Part shown: positions 25,864 to 34,672 of the stretch, piece after piece | Numbering within the stretch: position 1 is the first letter of the stretch | Layout: each line of letters starts with the position of its first letter | From: an uncultured Bdellovibrionales bacterium | Lineage (GTDB): Bacteria; Patescibacteriota; Minisyncoccia; Moranbacterales; UBA1568 | NCBI GenBank assembly: GCA_964396225.1 | Contig: CAYNEL010000001.1 | Span: forward strand, 1-58,929 | DNA: 58,929 bases | Direction of reading: 5' to 3' | Notes under the pieces: model-generated | Told to the model about the DNA's origin: nothing | The model's input: only the letters and a program-made list of their open reading frames with translations | Databases searched by the model: none | Program-made: the position numbers and the translations under genes

Positions 25864-26604
25864 TCAGAAATTCCTTGGAGAAACAAAGCGAAAACGAAAA
25901 AAGGTCCAAAGGGCAACGAAGAAATCCCTCGCTCTGATCTTCTTGCCCTCGGAAACCGTCCGGGGGTGATAGCTGATGGGAATCTCGAGAATGCGAATGC
26001 CCGAGCGCAACAGTTTGGCTGTTAATTCGTGATCAGTCTCGAAGCCGGTGGTTTTGATCGCTATCCTCTCGAGGAAACCCTTCGGATATACCTTGTAGCC
26101 GGTCAGGGTGTCGGTCAGATAACGGCCGAAGAGAAGAAAGGCCCAGAGGGAAAGAGCGGTATTGGCGATATACGTGGCCAAGGATTTGTCCTGGTGTTTT
26201 CCGAGCGAGAGCAGGCTGTTACGTTTTTGGCGCTCCCCGAGGATGCGGCTACCATAGACTGCCAGTCGACCGTCTGATTGTGCCAGGGGCGCCAAAAGGG
26301 CGGCATAATCCCGAGGGTCGTATTCGAGGTCGGCATCCTGGATCAGGACGTAGTCCCCTGTGGCATGGGCGATACCGAAACGCGTACCATCCCCTTTGCC
26401 GCGGTTTTTTTCGATGCGGAGAGAGGTGACCCCAGGGAAGGAAGAGGCGATTTCGTGGGTGTTATCCCGAGAGCCGTTGTCGACCACGATGATCTCCCGC
26501 TCGAAGCCGAGCGGCGTGAGATCGATCGCTAGGATACGTTCCAAGAGGGTACCGAGGGAGGCCGCTTCATTATACGCGGGAATGACGATAGAGACTTTGG
26601 GCAT
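25864..26604 (-). CDS. GT2 polyprenyl-phosphate glycosyltransferase (GtrB/DPM1-like)
   Basis: Contains MPKVSIVIPAYNEAASL, IIVVDNGSRDNT and IQDADLEYDP. The C-terminus ISYHPRTVSEGKKI is paralogous to the GT2 domain of the upstream fusion protein. Confidence 0.85.
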   Translation of the reverse strand: MPKVSIVIPAYNEAASLGTLLERILAIDLTPLGFEREIIVVDNGSRDNTHEIASSFPGVTSLRIEKNRGKGDGTRFGIAHATGDYVLIQDADLEYDPRDYAALLAPLAQSDGRLAVYGSRILGERQKRNSLLSLGKHQDKSLATYIANTALSLWAFLLFGRYLTDTLTGYKVYPKGFLERIAIKTTGFETDHELTAKLLRSGIRILEIPISYHPRTVSEGKKIRARDFFVALWTFFRFRFVSPRNF

Positions 26605-29428
26605 GGGGTTTGGGGGTGGTGAAAGACAGCGGCTTCCAAAAAGAAAGACGGATCAGCGTTCCAAGACATCCGATCCCGTCCCAAACGGTGATTTTCTTTC
26701 CTTCCGCCACCGTCCGAGGACGATAAGCGACCGGTATTTCTAGCATAACACGTTTGCTTCTCGCCAGTTTAGCGATGATCTCCATATCGAAATCGAACCC
26801 ATTCCGCTGGAAACGCAAGGGACGGAGCGCGCGCATCTGGAAACCTTTGAGGCTGGTCAAAGGGTCCCCGACGAAACGTTGGTGGAATACCAGCAGGACG
26901 ATGCTCAGGAGCATGCCGCCGTATTTGCTGAGATAGAAGGAAAGGCGTTTGGTGCCGTAGATACGCCGGAGAGAACGGTTGAGATCGGCTGTGCCAAAAG
27001 CGCGGCTTCCGAACACAGCGGAGAAATCCTGGCTGATGAGCGGGGCCAGAATCCGTCGCACATCCTCCGGGTCGTATTCGCCGTCGGATGGGAAGAAAAC
27101 GATGATATCTCCCTTGGCTTTCTCGATACCGAGACGGAGAGCGCGTCCTCGTCCGGTGCGTCCGTGGAGACGGTAAGTCCTTACGCCCGTGATTGCCTGG
27201 GCTATTTCGAAAGTTGTATCGTTCGATCCCCCGTCCACCAAGATGATCTCCTTGTCCAGTCCCATATCATGGAGTTGGAGCTGAAGGAGGCTCTCCAATA
27301 CCTGTTTGACAGTCCGCTGTTCATTGTATGCCGGAACGACTATGGATACTTTCTGCGATACTGGGCGCACTTTCTTCTGAAGCTGATCCTCCACGATAAG
27401 GAGGAGCTCAAAGATGGCTTTGCCACCCGAGTGCTTGCCCTTATCCCCCTCCCAATCGATCCAGGTGACTTGTTCCAGGGGATAGGCAAACTTGGCCGCG
27501 TCAAAAGGCATGTATCCCCCCTCTGTCGGAATCTCGGGTTTTTGGAAAAAAAAGCGAGTGACCAGATCTTGGCAGGCGACCGCGCCTCCCACCTTCCGGC
27601 CCATGTTCCACAGGAAGGCCCCGACAAGGGTATTCACGTTTTCGCCCAAGATGTCGTTATCCCTGACGATATTGGAGATAAAAACCTTTTCGGCCCGCGG
27701 ATTGTCAATGATGGCTTCAGCCACACCAGAGGTGAGGTACGAGGGCAGGAGCGAGGAATATTGGGTCCCGGGACCGTAGATGATGACATCCGCTTCCTTG
27801 ATCGCTCGATCGGCTTCAGGATTGATGGTGGGAAGAGCCTCTCGGCTTCGGAGGAGACGGATGTTGTCGATTTTGTACGCACCCAGAGGATGCGTCTTGG
27901 TATCGAGATATTCGGGCAGGAGAAAGATCTCCTGGATACGGGAAGTGTCCTGAGGACCAACGATACTGGCTTCGTCGTGCAGAAAACGTCCATCCTCCTT
28001 GATTCCTACCAGGACGCGGTTGGTGCCGTCGGTGATATTCAAAACATGATTCCCGATGCCGGCAAACTCTGAAAAAGCGGCCACTGCCCGATTGAAGTCC
28101 CGTGATTCCGCGAGGTAACACCCGGCAAAAAGGAGGTTGCCGAAGGAAACGTCCCCGAACGGGAAAGCTTGTCGATCAGGGTGGTGATTGTAATATTCAA
28201 GAAAGGTATGGAGATAGTGCGTGGCTGTTCGGGCGGCTTCAAGCGTGAGTGCTTCGCGGGCTTTCAATAGATCGTGAGACTGATTATTCACTGGCGCGGT
28301 GAGGTCGCAGAAAGCCTCGAGGACGATGAGGGCATCTGCGGTCGCCATCGGGTCGGGAAAGCGGTATTCGATCAGCTCCACCAATGCCCGGGAGGCATGG
28401 TCCGTCCGTTGCTGGAGGAAGCGGGAAACGTTTTTCCGGACATCAGACGGTCCCAACATTCCGGGGATAAAGCGACGCAACAACCCTGTGGACAGACCGT
28501 CATCGTAAGTATTGACGAGCAGTGTCAGCTCGATGTCCGGATACTTGAGCAGGGCTTCGGTAATCGAGCCGGTACCTCTCCCCCCGGAGAACATCACCAC
28601 CTTGAGCTTGTCGTTTTTGCCGGATCCCAGATCGTTTTTCCGGAAATAATCCTCTAACCTTTCGACATCCTGTCGATCGTTGATGCCGATGGACTCCTCG
28701 GGATTTTCGAGGTGGTAGCCACTGATCTCACTTCCGTCCGTCTCGAAAGCGGGCAACAGCGGCAGGAAGTTCCATTCTCCGGTGGCGGGGCTGAGAGCGA
28801 TGCCTCGTTCGATGGCCGACGCGTACACCGATTTCAGCTTTTCCGTGGAGCAGGCAAAAAGGCCGCAATCATTTTCCCCTTTGGGTGGCATTTCAGCCCC
28901 TTCGCGTCTTTCGAGCACCCTGACCAGGTGCCCGGAGGCGTCTGTCTCAAGATGGATATAGGGGTCGTCCCGAAAGATGAGCGGCAGGGTGAGCGCGCTT
29001 GGTAAGGCACGATGGAGCGTTTGAACCAAGGAAAGCGTCTGCGCGCTCAGGGCGGCCTGATCTCCCCAGACGATGAGGGTGTGGGGAGTGAGGATCTCCG
29101 GCAGGGCGCAATAGACGGAGTCAGCCATTCCCCGCGAATCCTTGATGACGGTAATCTTGCCGCGTTCCCCGAGGCGCTTCCTGACAATCGGGGCGACGTG
29201 AGGTTCGGTTTCCGGTGAAACGACGAACACAATTTTTCCGCAAGCCGGTTCCAAAAGATCAATCAACCGGTCGAGGACGGTCCGACCGCCCACCGGATAC
29301 ATGATTTTTGGCTTCGAGTAGCCGAGGCGGGTGCCTTTGCCGGCGGCAGCCACAACTGCCGTCCAGAGAGAGGGGTCGGGCGGTGGTGAGGCGAGGGATT
29401 GGATCTCGGTACGAGAGTAGATGCGCAT
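26570..29428 (-). CDS. Tri-domain fusion: sugar-phosphate nucleotidyltransferase + CofD/YvcK (UPF0052)-like domain + GT2 polyprenyl-phosphate glycosyltransferase-like domain
   Basis: 952 aa. The NTase domain spans aa ~22-260 (nt 28649-29365), with VVAAAGKGTRLGYSKPKIMYPVGG. The CofD-like domain spans aa ~275-680 (nt 27389-28606), with VVMFSGGRGTG and YGPGTQYSSLLPSYL. The GT2 domain spans aa ~692-952 (nt 26573-27355), with VSIVVPAYNEQRTV, ILVDGGSNDTT and FFPSDGEYDP. It overlaps the downstream GT2 gene by 35 nt. Confidence 0.8.
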   Translation of the reverse strand: MRIYSRTEIQSLASPPPDPSLWTAVVAAAGKGTRLGYSKPKIMYPVGGRTVLDRLIDLLEPACGKIVFVVSPETEPHVAPIVRKRLGERGKITVIKDSRGMADSVYCALPEILTPHTLIVWGDQAALSAQTLSLVQTLHRALPSALTLPLIFRDDPYIHLETDASGHLVRVLERREGAEMPPKGENDCGLFACSTEKLKSVYASAIERGIALSPATGEWNFLPLLPAFETDGSEISGYHLENPEESIGINDRQDVERLEDYFRKNDLGSGKNDKLKVVMFSGGRGTGSITEALLKYPDIELTLLVNTYDDGLSTGLLRRFIPGMLGPSDVRKNVSRFLQQRTDHASRALVELIEYRFPDPMATADALIVLEAFCDLTAPVNNQSHDLLKAREALTLEAARTATHYLHTFLEYYNHHPDRQAFPFGDVSFGNLLFAGCYLAESRDFNRAVAAFSEFAGIGNHVLNITDGTNRVLVGIKEDGRFLHDEASIVGPQDTSRIQEIFLLPEYLDTKTHPLGAYKIDNIRLLRSREALPTINPEADRAIKEADVIIYGPGTQYSSLLPSYLTSGVAEAIIDNPRAEKVFISNIVRDNDILGENVNTLVGAFLWNMGRKVGGAVACQDLVTRFFFQKPEIPTEGGYMPFDAAKFAYPLEQVTWIDWEGDKGKHSGGKAIFELLLIVEDQLQKKVRPVSQKVSIVVPAYNEQRTVKQVLESLLQLQLHDMGLDKEIILVDGGSNDTTFEIAQAITGVRTYRLHGRTGRGRALRLGIEKAKGDIIVFFPSDGEYDPEDVRRILAPLISQDFSAVFGSRAFGTADLNRSLRRIYGTKRLSFYLSKYGGMLLSIVLLVFHQRFVGDPLTSLKGFQMRALRPLRFQRNGFDFDMEIIAKLARSKRVMLEIPVAYRPRTVAEGKKITVWDGIGCLGTLIRLSFWKPLSFTTPKPHAQSLYRHSRV

Positions 29429-29441
29429 CCGGTTTGCCTGT

Positions 29442-30098
29442 CTAGATCAGTCCTCCGACCTCCATTAATTCTGATACTACCATGACGCCATCATCCTGTC
29501 GAAAACCCGAAAAACCCCCTTCTTTAGCCAAAAACAATACCGGTATGCCAGCCGTACGGGCGGCCCGTACACCGTTTTCCGAATCTTCCACTACCACGCA
29601 CTGATCAGGCCGGAGGCCGAGTTTCTCTAGAGCCAGCCGGTAGCAGTCAGGAGCTGGTTTGGCCTGGATAACCTGGGAACCGTCGAGATGGAATTCAAAA
29701 GCGTCCGCATAGCCGCTTCGCTCCAGGAACGAGTCGACGCTTTGGGACGAGGCTGAGGAGACCAACGCGAGGCGGTATTTCTTCTGCAACTGTCGGATGA
29801 GAGGGGCACTCCCCGGGGCTATCCGAGCCCGTTCTTTCAGGAGAACGGCCGCCCTCTCTCGTTTCACGTGCGTCAGGCGCTGGACAGTCTCCTCGTCGAC
29901 GGATCCATGAAGGCGTTTGAGCACCGACCGGATGGCTTCGTCAGTGCGCATCCCGGCGATCGTCCGATAATCCACGTTTTCGATCCCCACCTCCTGAAAG
30001 ACGGATGCATAGGCCAGGGCATGGCATTCGTCAGAGAGGTAGAGGACGCCATCCATGTCAAAAATCACGGCCTTGAGAGTGGTCAAGTCTGGTTTCAT
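29442..30098 (-). CDS. HAD-superfamily hydrolase (beta-phosphoglucomutase/phosphatase subfamily IA)
   Basis: ATG 30098 (MKPDLTTLKAVIFDMDGVLYLS..., DxDG motif) forms an ATGA overlap with the upstream methyltransferase stop. The 303-aa ORF-track extension would lie inside that gene. Confidence 0.8.
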   Translation of the reverse strand: MKPDLTTLKAVIFDMDGVLYLSDECHALAYASVFQEVGIENVDYRTIAGMRTDEAIRSVLKRLHGSVDEETVQRLTHVKRERAAVLLKERARIAPGSAPLIRQLQKKYRLALVSSASSQSVDSFLERSGYADAFEFHLDGSQVIQAKPAPDCYRLALEKLGLRPDQCVVVEDSENGVRAARTAGIPVLFLAKEGGFSGFRQDDGVMVVSELMEVGGLI

Positions 30099-31027
30099 TG
30101 TTTCCGGGCTACGACGCGGGTCTGGCCGATCCAGTACTTGATCGGCAGACGGGAAAGTCCGAGACGCCTGACAGCCGTGGCCAAAAGACGGAACAGCCCG
30201 AAATACGCCCCGGCGCGTTTCAGGACGTATTCCAGCTCCAGGGTTTGCCAGTGGCGTTCCATGTCGACCACGACGAATCCCTTGGCGGCCAATTGTCTCC
30301 GCATGGTCCGACGAGTGTAATAAATGAGATGGACGGAGAGGAGGAAAGGCCATTTACGCCCCATAAAACGGGCGGGCAGGCTGCCGTAATCCGGATAGTT
30401 AACGACCAGAAGGCCCGACGGTTTCAGGATGCGGTATATCCGTTCCAGTTCGGATCCGGGGTCGGTGAGATGCTCGATGACGTCCCAGAGCGTCACCATG
30501 TCGAAAGAAGCCTCCGGAAACGAGTGTTCCGCCAGTGTTCCCGGCTGTACGTCCAATCCCTGGGAGCGGGCGTGTTCCGCCAGCCAGCGGCTGGGTTCTA
30601 TACCGGACGCGCTTACCCCAAAGTCCGTGGCTGCTCGGACGAACGCCCCTCCAGCGCAGCCGATGTCGAGAACCTTGGTGGCGGGTGAGGGGGTGAAGCC
30701 GAAGCGCCGCGCGAGGTCATGCAAGGCGGACGAGAATGTCCGGGCCCGCATCGTATCTTGTTCGACGAAAGCCTGGTCTTCGCCGGCCGCATAGGCTCCG
30801 ATGATGAGATCGGACCGGAGGCGCGGATTGAGGTATACGAGTCCGCAGCCTGCGCAACGCACAATCTGTTCATAGAGCGTCTGGTCGCTCGACGAACGGT
30901 AGGTTTGGGTGAGGAAGTCCTGCGTCAGCTCTGACGGAAAACGAGCTTTGGCAAGGATGCGAAAACGAGCCTCGCCACACAAAGGGCACACGATGGTCTC
31001 GAAATGGTCACTGAAAGGATTGGTCAT
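30095..31027 (-). CDS. Class I SAM-dependent methyltransferase with an N-terminal Cys4 zinc ribbon
   Basis: The zinc ribbon is CPLCGEARF...CAGCGLVYLNP. Motif I is VLDIGCAGGAF. Also present is ...FDMVTLWDVIEHLTDP. Confidence 0.8.
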   Translation of the reverse strand: MTNPFSDHFETIVCPLCGEARFRILAKARFPSELTQDFLTQTYRSSSDQTLYEQIVRCAGCGLVYLNPRLRSDLIIGAYAAGEDQAFVEQDTMRARTFSSALHDLARRFGFTPSPATKVLDIGCAGGAFVRAATDFGVSASGIEPSRWLAEHARSQGLDVQPGTLAEHSFPEASFDMVTLWDVIEHLTDPGSELERIYRILKPSGLLVVNYPDYGSLPARFMGRKWPFLLSVHLIYYTRRTMRRQLAAKGFVVVDMERHWQTLELEYVLKRAGAYFGLFRLLATAVRRLGLSRLPIKYWIGQTRVVARKQ

Positions 31028-31067
31028 AAATTTTAGTATCTACAGTAGTATGCCAAAAAACCGCTTC

Positions 31068-32318
31068 TTATGAAAGTCTGGAAGTCTGAAAGGGTTTCCA
31101 AAAACGAGCGTATATCAGCAGTGATATTACGAGAGAAGTTTGGAGAACAACCGCATATGATATCGAAGCGATTTCGAGGCTTGAGTGACGCAATATCCAG
31201 AGGGTGAGTATGCTCAATGCATTTGCTAGAGCGTAAGCTATAATGATCTGAACCTGTTTTTTTTCGGCAGTAAGGAAATTTATCAAATAAGTCCGAAAAG
31301 GAAGAAAGACAGCAAGCCATGAAAGACCACGTGCGATTTCCAGGGCGGATTGATAGTCAGTTCCATAAAAAAAGAGAAAGGCCGCTTCGATACATATTCG
31401 TAACACAATGAAGGCGAGAAGGCCCATATAAAGTTGTTGTAATATCGTCTTCTGTCTGACACCCCCCGCACCTTTGAAAAGAGATGGGAGATAAAGCGCG
31501 CTTAATCCAGCCACAAATCCTGCAATGGCGGAAAAGAAAAGAAAGGCTGTCTGATACATCGCAAAGCCAGTGAGACCGAACAAGAGCGGCAGGATGAGAG
31601 CCGGAACATTGTCCCCGAGCGAGAGAAAGAATTTCTGGATCGTGACCCACCAGCCGTAACGTATATCCAGGTCAATTTCTGAAACATCTCTCCCCACCTG
31701 GCTAAGTGATTCGAAGTAGTAGTACCAATGAAAGACGCTAGTGCCCCCAAAATATACCAAAACCAGAAACCAAAGAGGTGCATTTATCGCGATGGCGAGT
31801 ATCAATAAAATTGAGACTGCGAAAGTCTGGGCCATGATCCGCTTACTGACTGGCGAGAATTGCGACTTACCCTCGTACACTGTGTACCAAGTATTCGGGG
31901 CGTAGAAAAAAGGAAAGACTAATGCGCCTACCAAGAAGGCGACAAGAAATTCGAAATTTTTCCCCTGGATGAAAAGCCAGCCACCGTACATGATAAATAA
32001 TGGCAAGGCGAGCAGACTGGTGCGGAAACTGGTACGCACCACACGGCGAACTATTTCCGGGTGATCGTCCACGATGCCCTTTAAAGCAACGAGATTTAAC
32101 CCTGGAATAGAAAGGATGGAGAAAATAGAGAAAATCGCGATGAGCACCTGATACTCCCCAAATAACTGTGGATTCCCAAGACGCGCAAAGGCGATGGTCA
32201 TCGCCAGACCAGCCAAGGAAACAACGAGATATCGCACGCCAATCCAGAAACTATTGTAGAGATCACGCCCCCCAAGTCCCAATAAATGTTTAGGAAGGAT
32301 AGGAGCTCGAGTGGGCAT
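31068..32318 (-). CDS. Polysaccharide/oligosaccharide flippase (MOP/Wzx-like)
   Basis: 416 aa with about 12 TM segments and a basic N-terminus. Sampled lines give about 43-45% GC. Its position in a nucleotide-sugar operon fits this role. Confidence 0.7.
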   Translation of the reverse strand: MPTRAPILPKHLLGLGGRDLYNSFWIGVRYLVVSLAGLAMTIAFARLGNPQLFGEYQVLIAIFSIFSILSIPGLNLVALKGIVDDHPEIVRRVVRTSFRTSLLALPLFIMYGGWLFIQGKNFEFLVAFLVGALVFPFFYAPNTWYTVYEGKSQFSPVSKRIMAQTFAVSILLILAIAINAPLWFLVLVYFGGTSVFHWYYYFESLSQVGRDVSEIDLDIRYGWWVTIQKFFLSLGDNVPALILPLLFGLTGFAMYQTAFLFFSAIAGFVAGLSALYLPSLFKGAGGVRQKTILQQLYMGLLAFIVLRICIEAAFLFFYGTDYQSALEIARGLSWLAVFLPFRTYLINFLTAEKKQVQIIIAYALANALSILTLWILRHSSLEIASISYAVVLQTSLVISLLIYARFWKPFQTSRLS

Positions 32319-32329
32319 AGCATCGAATT

Positions 32330-33775
32330 CTAGAGGTTTTTTATTTGCGGAAAAAGTTTTTTAAGCATGTGCTTCAGCACGGCATTCTGACTGCCCGTTT
32401 TGGTAGAATGTTCCAAAAGATCAAGGGTGCCAGTGATACTTTTTGGCGTATGTCTGTTTTGACGAAGAGTGTACACTCGCCCTCTAGAAGTACGGCGTAA
32501 CCCGCGCTTTTCTCCTTTCGTATAGAGCTCCTCCACCATCTTTTCACCCTTACGGAGGCCGGTGATGCGGACCTCCACATCTTCTTCGGGGATGAGGTTC
32601 TTGGAGCGGATGAGGCACAGGGCCACGTCGTGGATATTGATGAGTTCGCCCATATCGAGGATGTGGATACTCCCGTCCTTTCGTCCGGCGGTACTTTCGA
32701 TGACGAGCTGGGCCGCCTCACGGATGGACATGAAGAAACGCATCATCTTTGGGTGGGTGACGGTGACATAGCGGTAAAGGGCGATCTGGCGGTCGAAGAG
32801 CGGCAAGGCTGAACCGTTGGAATTGATGACGTTGCCGAAACGCACGATGTTGAAGCGGGTCCGGCCTTTCGGCAGGGACTGGATATAGTATTCGCAGAGT
32901 TTCTTGGTGGCGCCCATGACGCTCGTCGGATTGACGACCTTGTCAGTCGAGATGAAGGTGAAAAGCGGGATACCAGCGGTGACGGCCGCATCTACCACCC
33001 GGCGGGTGCCGATCACATTGTTGTATACGGCCTCATCCACATTGTCCTGCATGAGATGAACGTGCTTGTAGGCGGCCGCGTGGAAGACGATGTCCGGTTT
33101 GAAGCGTTTGAAGAGGGCGGCCAACTTGTTGCTATGGAGGATATTGCCGACGATGAGGACGCATCGCTTCTCCAGACCTTCTTCGCGGAGCTCCTGCTCC
33201 AGGCGGAAGAGGAGGTATTCAGAGTGGTCATACACCACCACTTTTTTGACCTTTAAGTCGAGGAGTTGGCGGACGATTTCCGATCCGATCGATCCTGCTC
33301 CCCCAGTGATGAAGACCGTCTTGCCGCGATAGAAGGCTTCGAGTTTCTCGACATTGCCGCGGCGGAAGGATTTGCCGAGGAAGTCTTCGTAAGAGAGGTC
33401 GTTCACTTCCCGATAACGGACGTCGCTCTGGCCGATGATGCGCTGGTCCCGCGGCACGATCCGGATGGGGATGCGGTTTTTCAGGTTGGCCAGGAGGATA
33501 CGTCGGACGAGGGCGCCGTCGGCCGAAGGGATGGCGATGACCATCTCATCCAGACGGTACAGGCGGGCCACCTTGGCGATGTCTTTGACTCGGCCGAGGA
33601 CAGGCGCCCCTGGAGCGGAAGGGGCCTGGTCGTCGATGAAACCCACCACCGTGTGTTTGGGGTGGTGCTGCCGGATATCGGTGAGGAGCAGACGTCCCGC
33701 CCGTCCCGCTCCGATGATGAGGATGTTCTTGCTGGAGATTTTCAGTTCGTTCGGCATAAGCGCGGGGACGGACAT
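32330..33775 (-). CDS. CapD/PglF/WbpM-like NDP-sugar 4,6-dehydratase (polysaccharide biosynthesis protein)
   Basis: There are two Rossmann regions: NILIIGAGRAGRLL and GKTVFITGGAGSIGSEIV. The YxxxK motif is AAAYKHVHLMQ. The start is uncertain among ATG 33775, ATG 33757 and GTG 33805. Confidence 0.85.
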   Translation of the reverse strand: MSVPALMPNELKISSKNILIIGAGRAGRLLLTDIRQHHPKHTVVGFIDDQAPSAPGAPVLGRVKDIAKVARLYRLDEMVIAIPSADGALVRRILLANLKNRIPIRIVPRDQRIIGQSDVRYREVNDLSYEDFLGKSFRRGNVEKLEAFYRGKTVFITGGAGSIGSEIVRQLLDLKVKKVVVYDHSEYLLFRLEQELREEGLEKRCVLIVGNILHSNKLAALFKRFKPDIVFHAAAYKHVHLMQDNVDEAVYNNVIGTRRVVDAAVTAGIPLFTFISTDKVVNPTSVMGATKKLCEYYIQSLPKGRTRFNIVRFGNVINSNGSALPLFDRQIALYRYVTVTHPKMMRFFMSIREAAQLVIESTAGRKDGSIHILDMGELINIHDVALCLIRSKNLIPEEDVEVRITGLRKGEKMVEELYTKGEKRGLRRTSRGRVYTLRQNRHTPKSITGTLDLLEHSTKTGSQNAVLKHMLKKLFPQIKNL

Positions 33776-33783
33776 TGGGGGTA

Positions 33784-34659
33784 TCAGTCGGCGAGCTCCT
33801 TCCACATCGACTTGAGGCCTTTTTTCAGGGGGTAGCGGGCGGCAAAGGCGTAGCGCTCCTGGAGCTTGGTGACATCCAGACGGACAGCTCCGGCTTCGGG
33901 AGGCTTCGCGCCGGTGGTGGCGTACGGGATCTTGTGGCCGGTCACTTTCTCCACCTGTTCGATGAGGTTGAGGAGGGTGGTGCTGGTGCCGGTGGCCAGG
34001 TTGACGGTATCCGAGCCCTCAATCCGATCGAGGATGGCCAAGAGGCCCGCGGCCACGTCGTCGACATAGGTATAATCGCGCTCCTGCAAGCCGTCGCCAT
34101 TGACGGTGAAGGGTTCCGCTGTTCCGGAACGGGCGTGCTCCATCAGCCGGGACACCACTCCCCGCCCGCCGGCGCCGTAGACATTGCCGAAACGGAGGAT
34201 GCCCAAGGTGATGCCGGAGTGTTTGGCCACGTCGTGGAGGAGGCGTTCAGCATCCCGTTTGAAGACGGCGTACGGCTCGACGGGAGCGGGCGGCGTCTCC
34301 TCGTCGGCAGCGGCCGAACAGTCGCCGTAGACGAGTGAGGTCGAGGCATAGAGCACCCGCCGGCAACCGATCTGGTGCCACAGGGCGGCGCTGGCCTGGA
34401 GGTTGGTGAGCTCCTTCTGGGGGTCGAAGGTCGGGCCGATCTGGCCGATAAGGATGATGAGCGTGTCCGTGGCCGGAAGCGCGGTCCGGAGCTCCATAGC
34501 GCTCCCGATATCCGCTACCCGTTCCTCGACGTCCGGTATGTCGGCCTTGCGGCGGTCGAGACTGACCACCCGGTAACCCCGCTTGACGGCGTCCCGGCAC
34601 AGCCGCTGGCCGATGAAGCCGGCGCCGCCCAAGACAGTGATGGAGAGTGAGGCTGACAT
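33784..34659 (-). CDS. NAD-dependent sugar epimerase/reductase (extended SDR)
   Basis: Contains ITVLGGAGFIGQRL, and ASTSLVYG...YAVFKRDAE (S...YxxxK). Confidence 0.8.
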   Translation of the reverse strand: MSASLSITVLGGAGFIGQRLCRDAVKRGYRVVSLDRRKADIPDVEERVADIGSAMELRTALPATDTLIILIGQIGPTFDPQKELTNLQASAALWHQIGCRRVLYASTSLVYGDCSAAADEETPPAPVEPYAVFKRDAERLLHDVAKHSGITLGILRFGNVYGAGGRGVVSRLMEHARSGTAEPFTVNGDGLQERDYTYVDDVAAGLLAILDRIEGSDTVNLATGTSTTLLNLIEQVEKVTGHKIPYATTGAKPPEAGAVRLDVTKLQERYAFAARYPLKKGLKSMWKELAD

Positions 34660-34672
34660 ATGGGGGAGGGTT

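Noticed and set aside
30099-30353. N-terminal extension of the HAD ORF (303-aa version)
   Set aside because: It lies entirely inside the upstream methyltransferase gene. ATG 30098 gives the canonical MK...FDMDGVL start and an ATGA coupling overlap.
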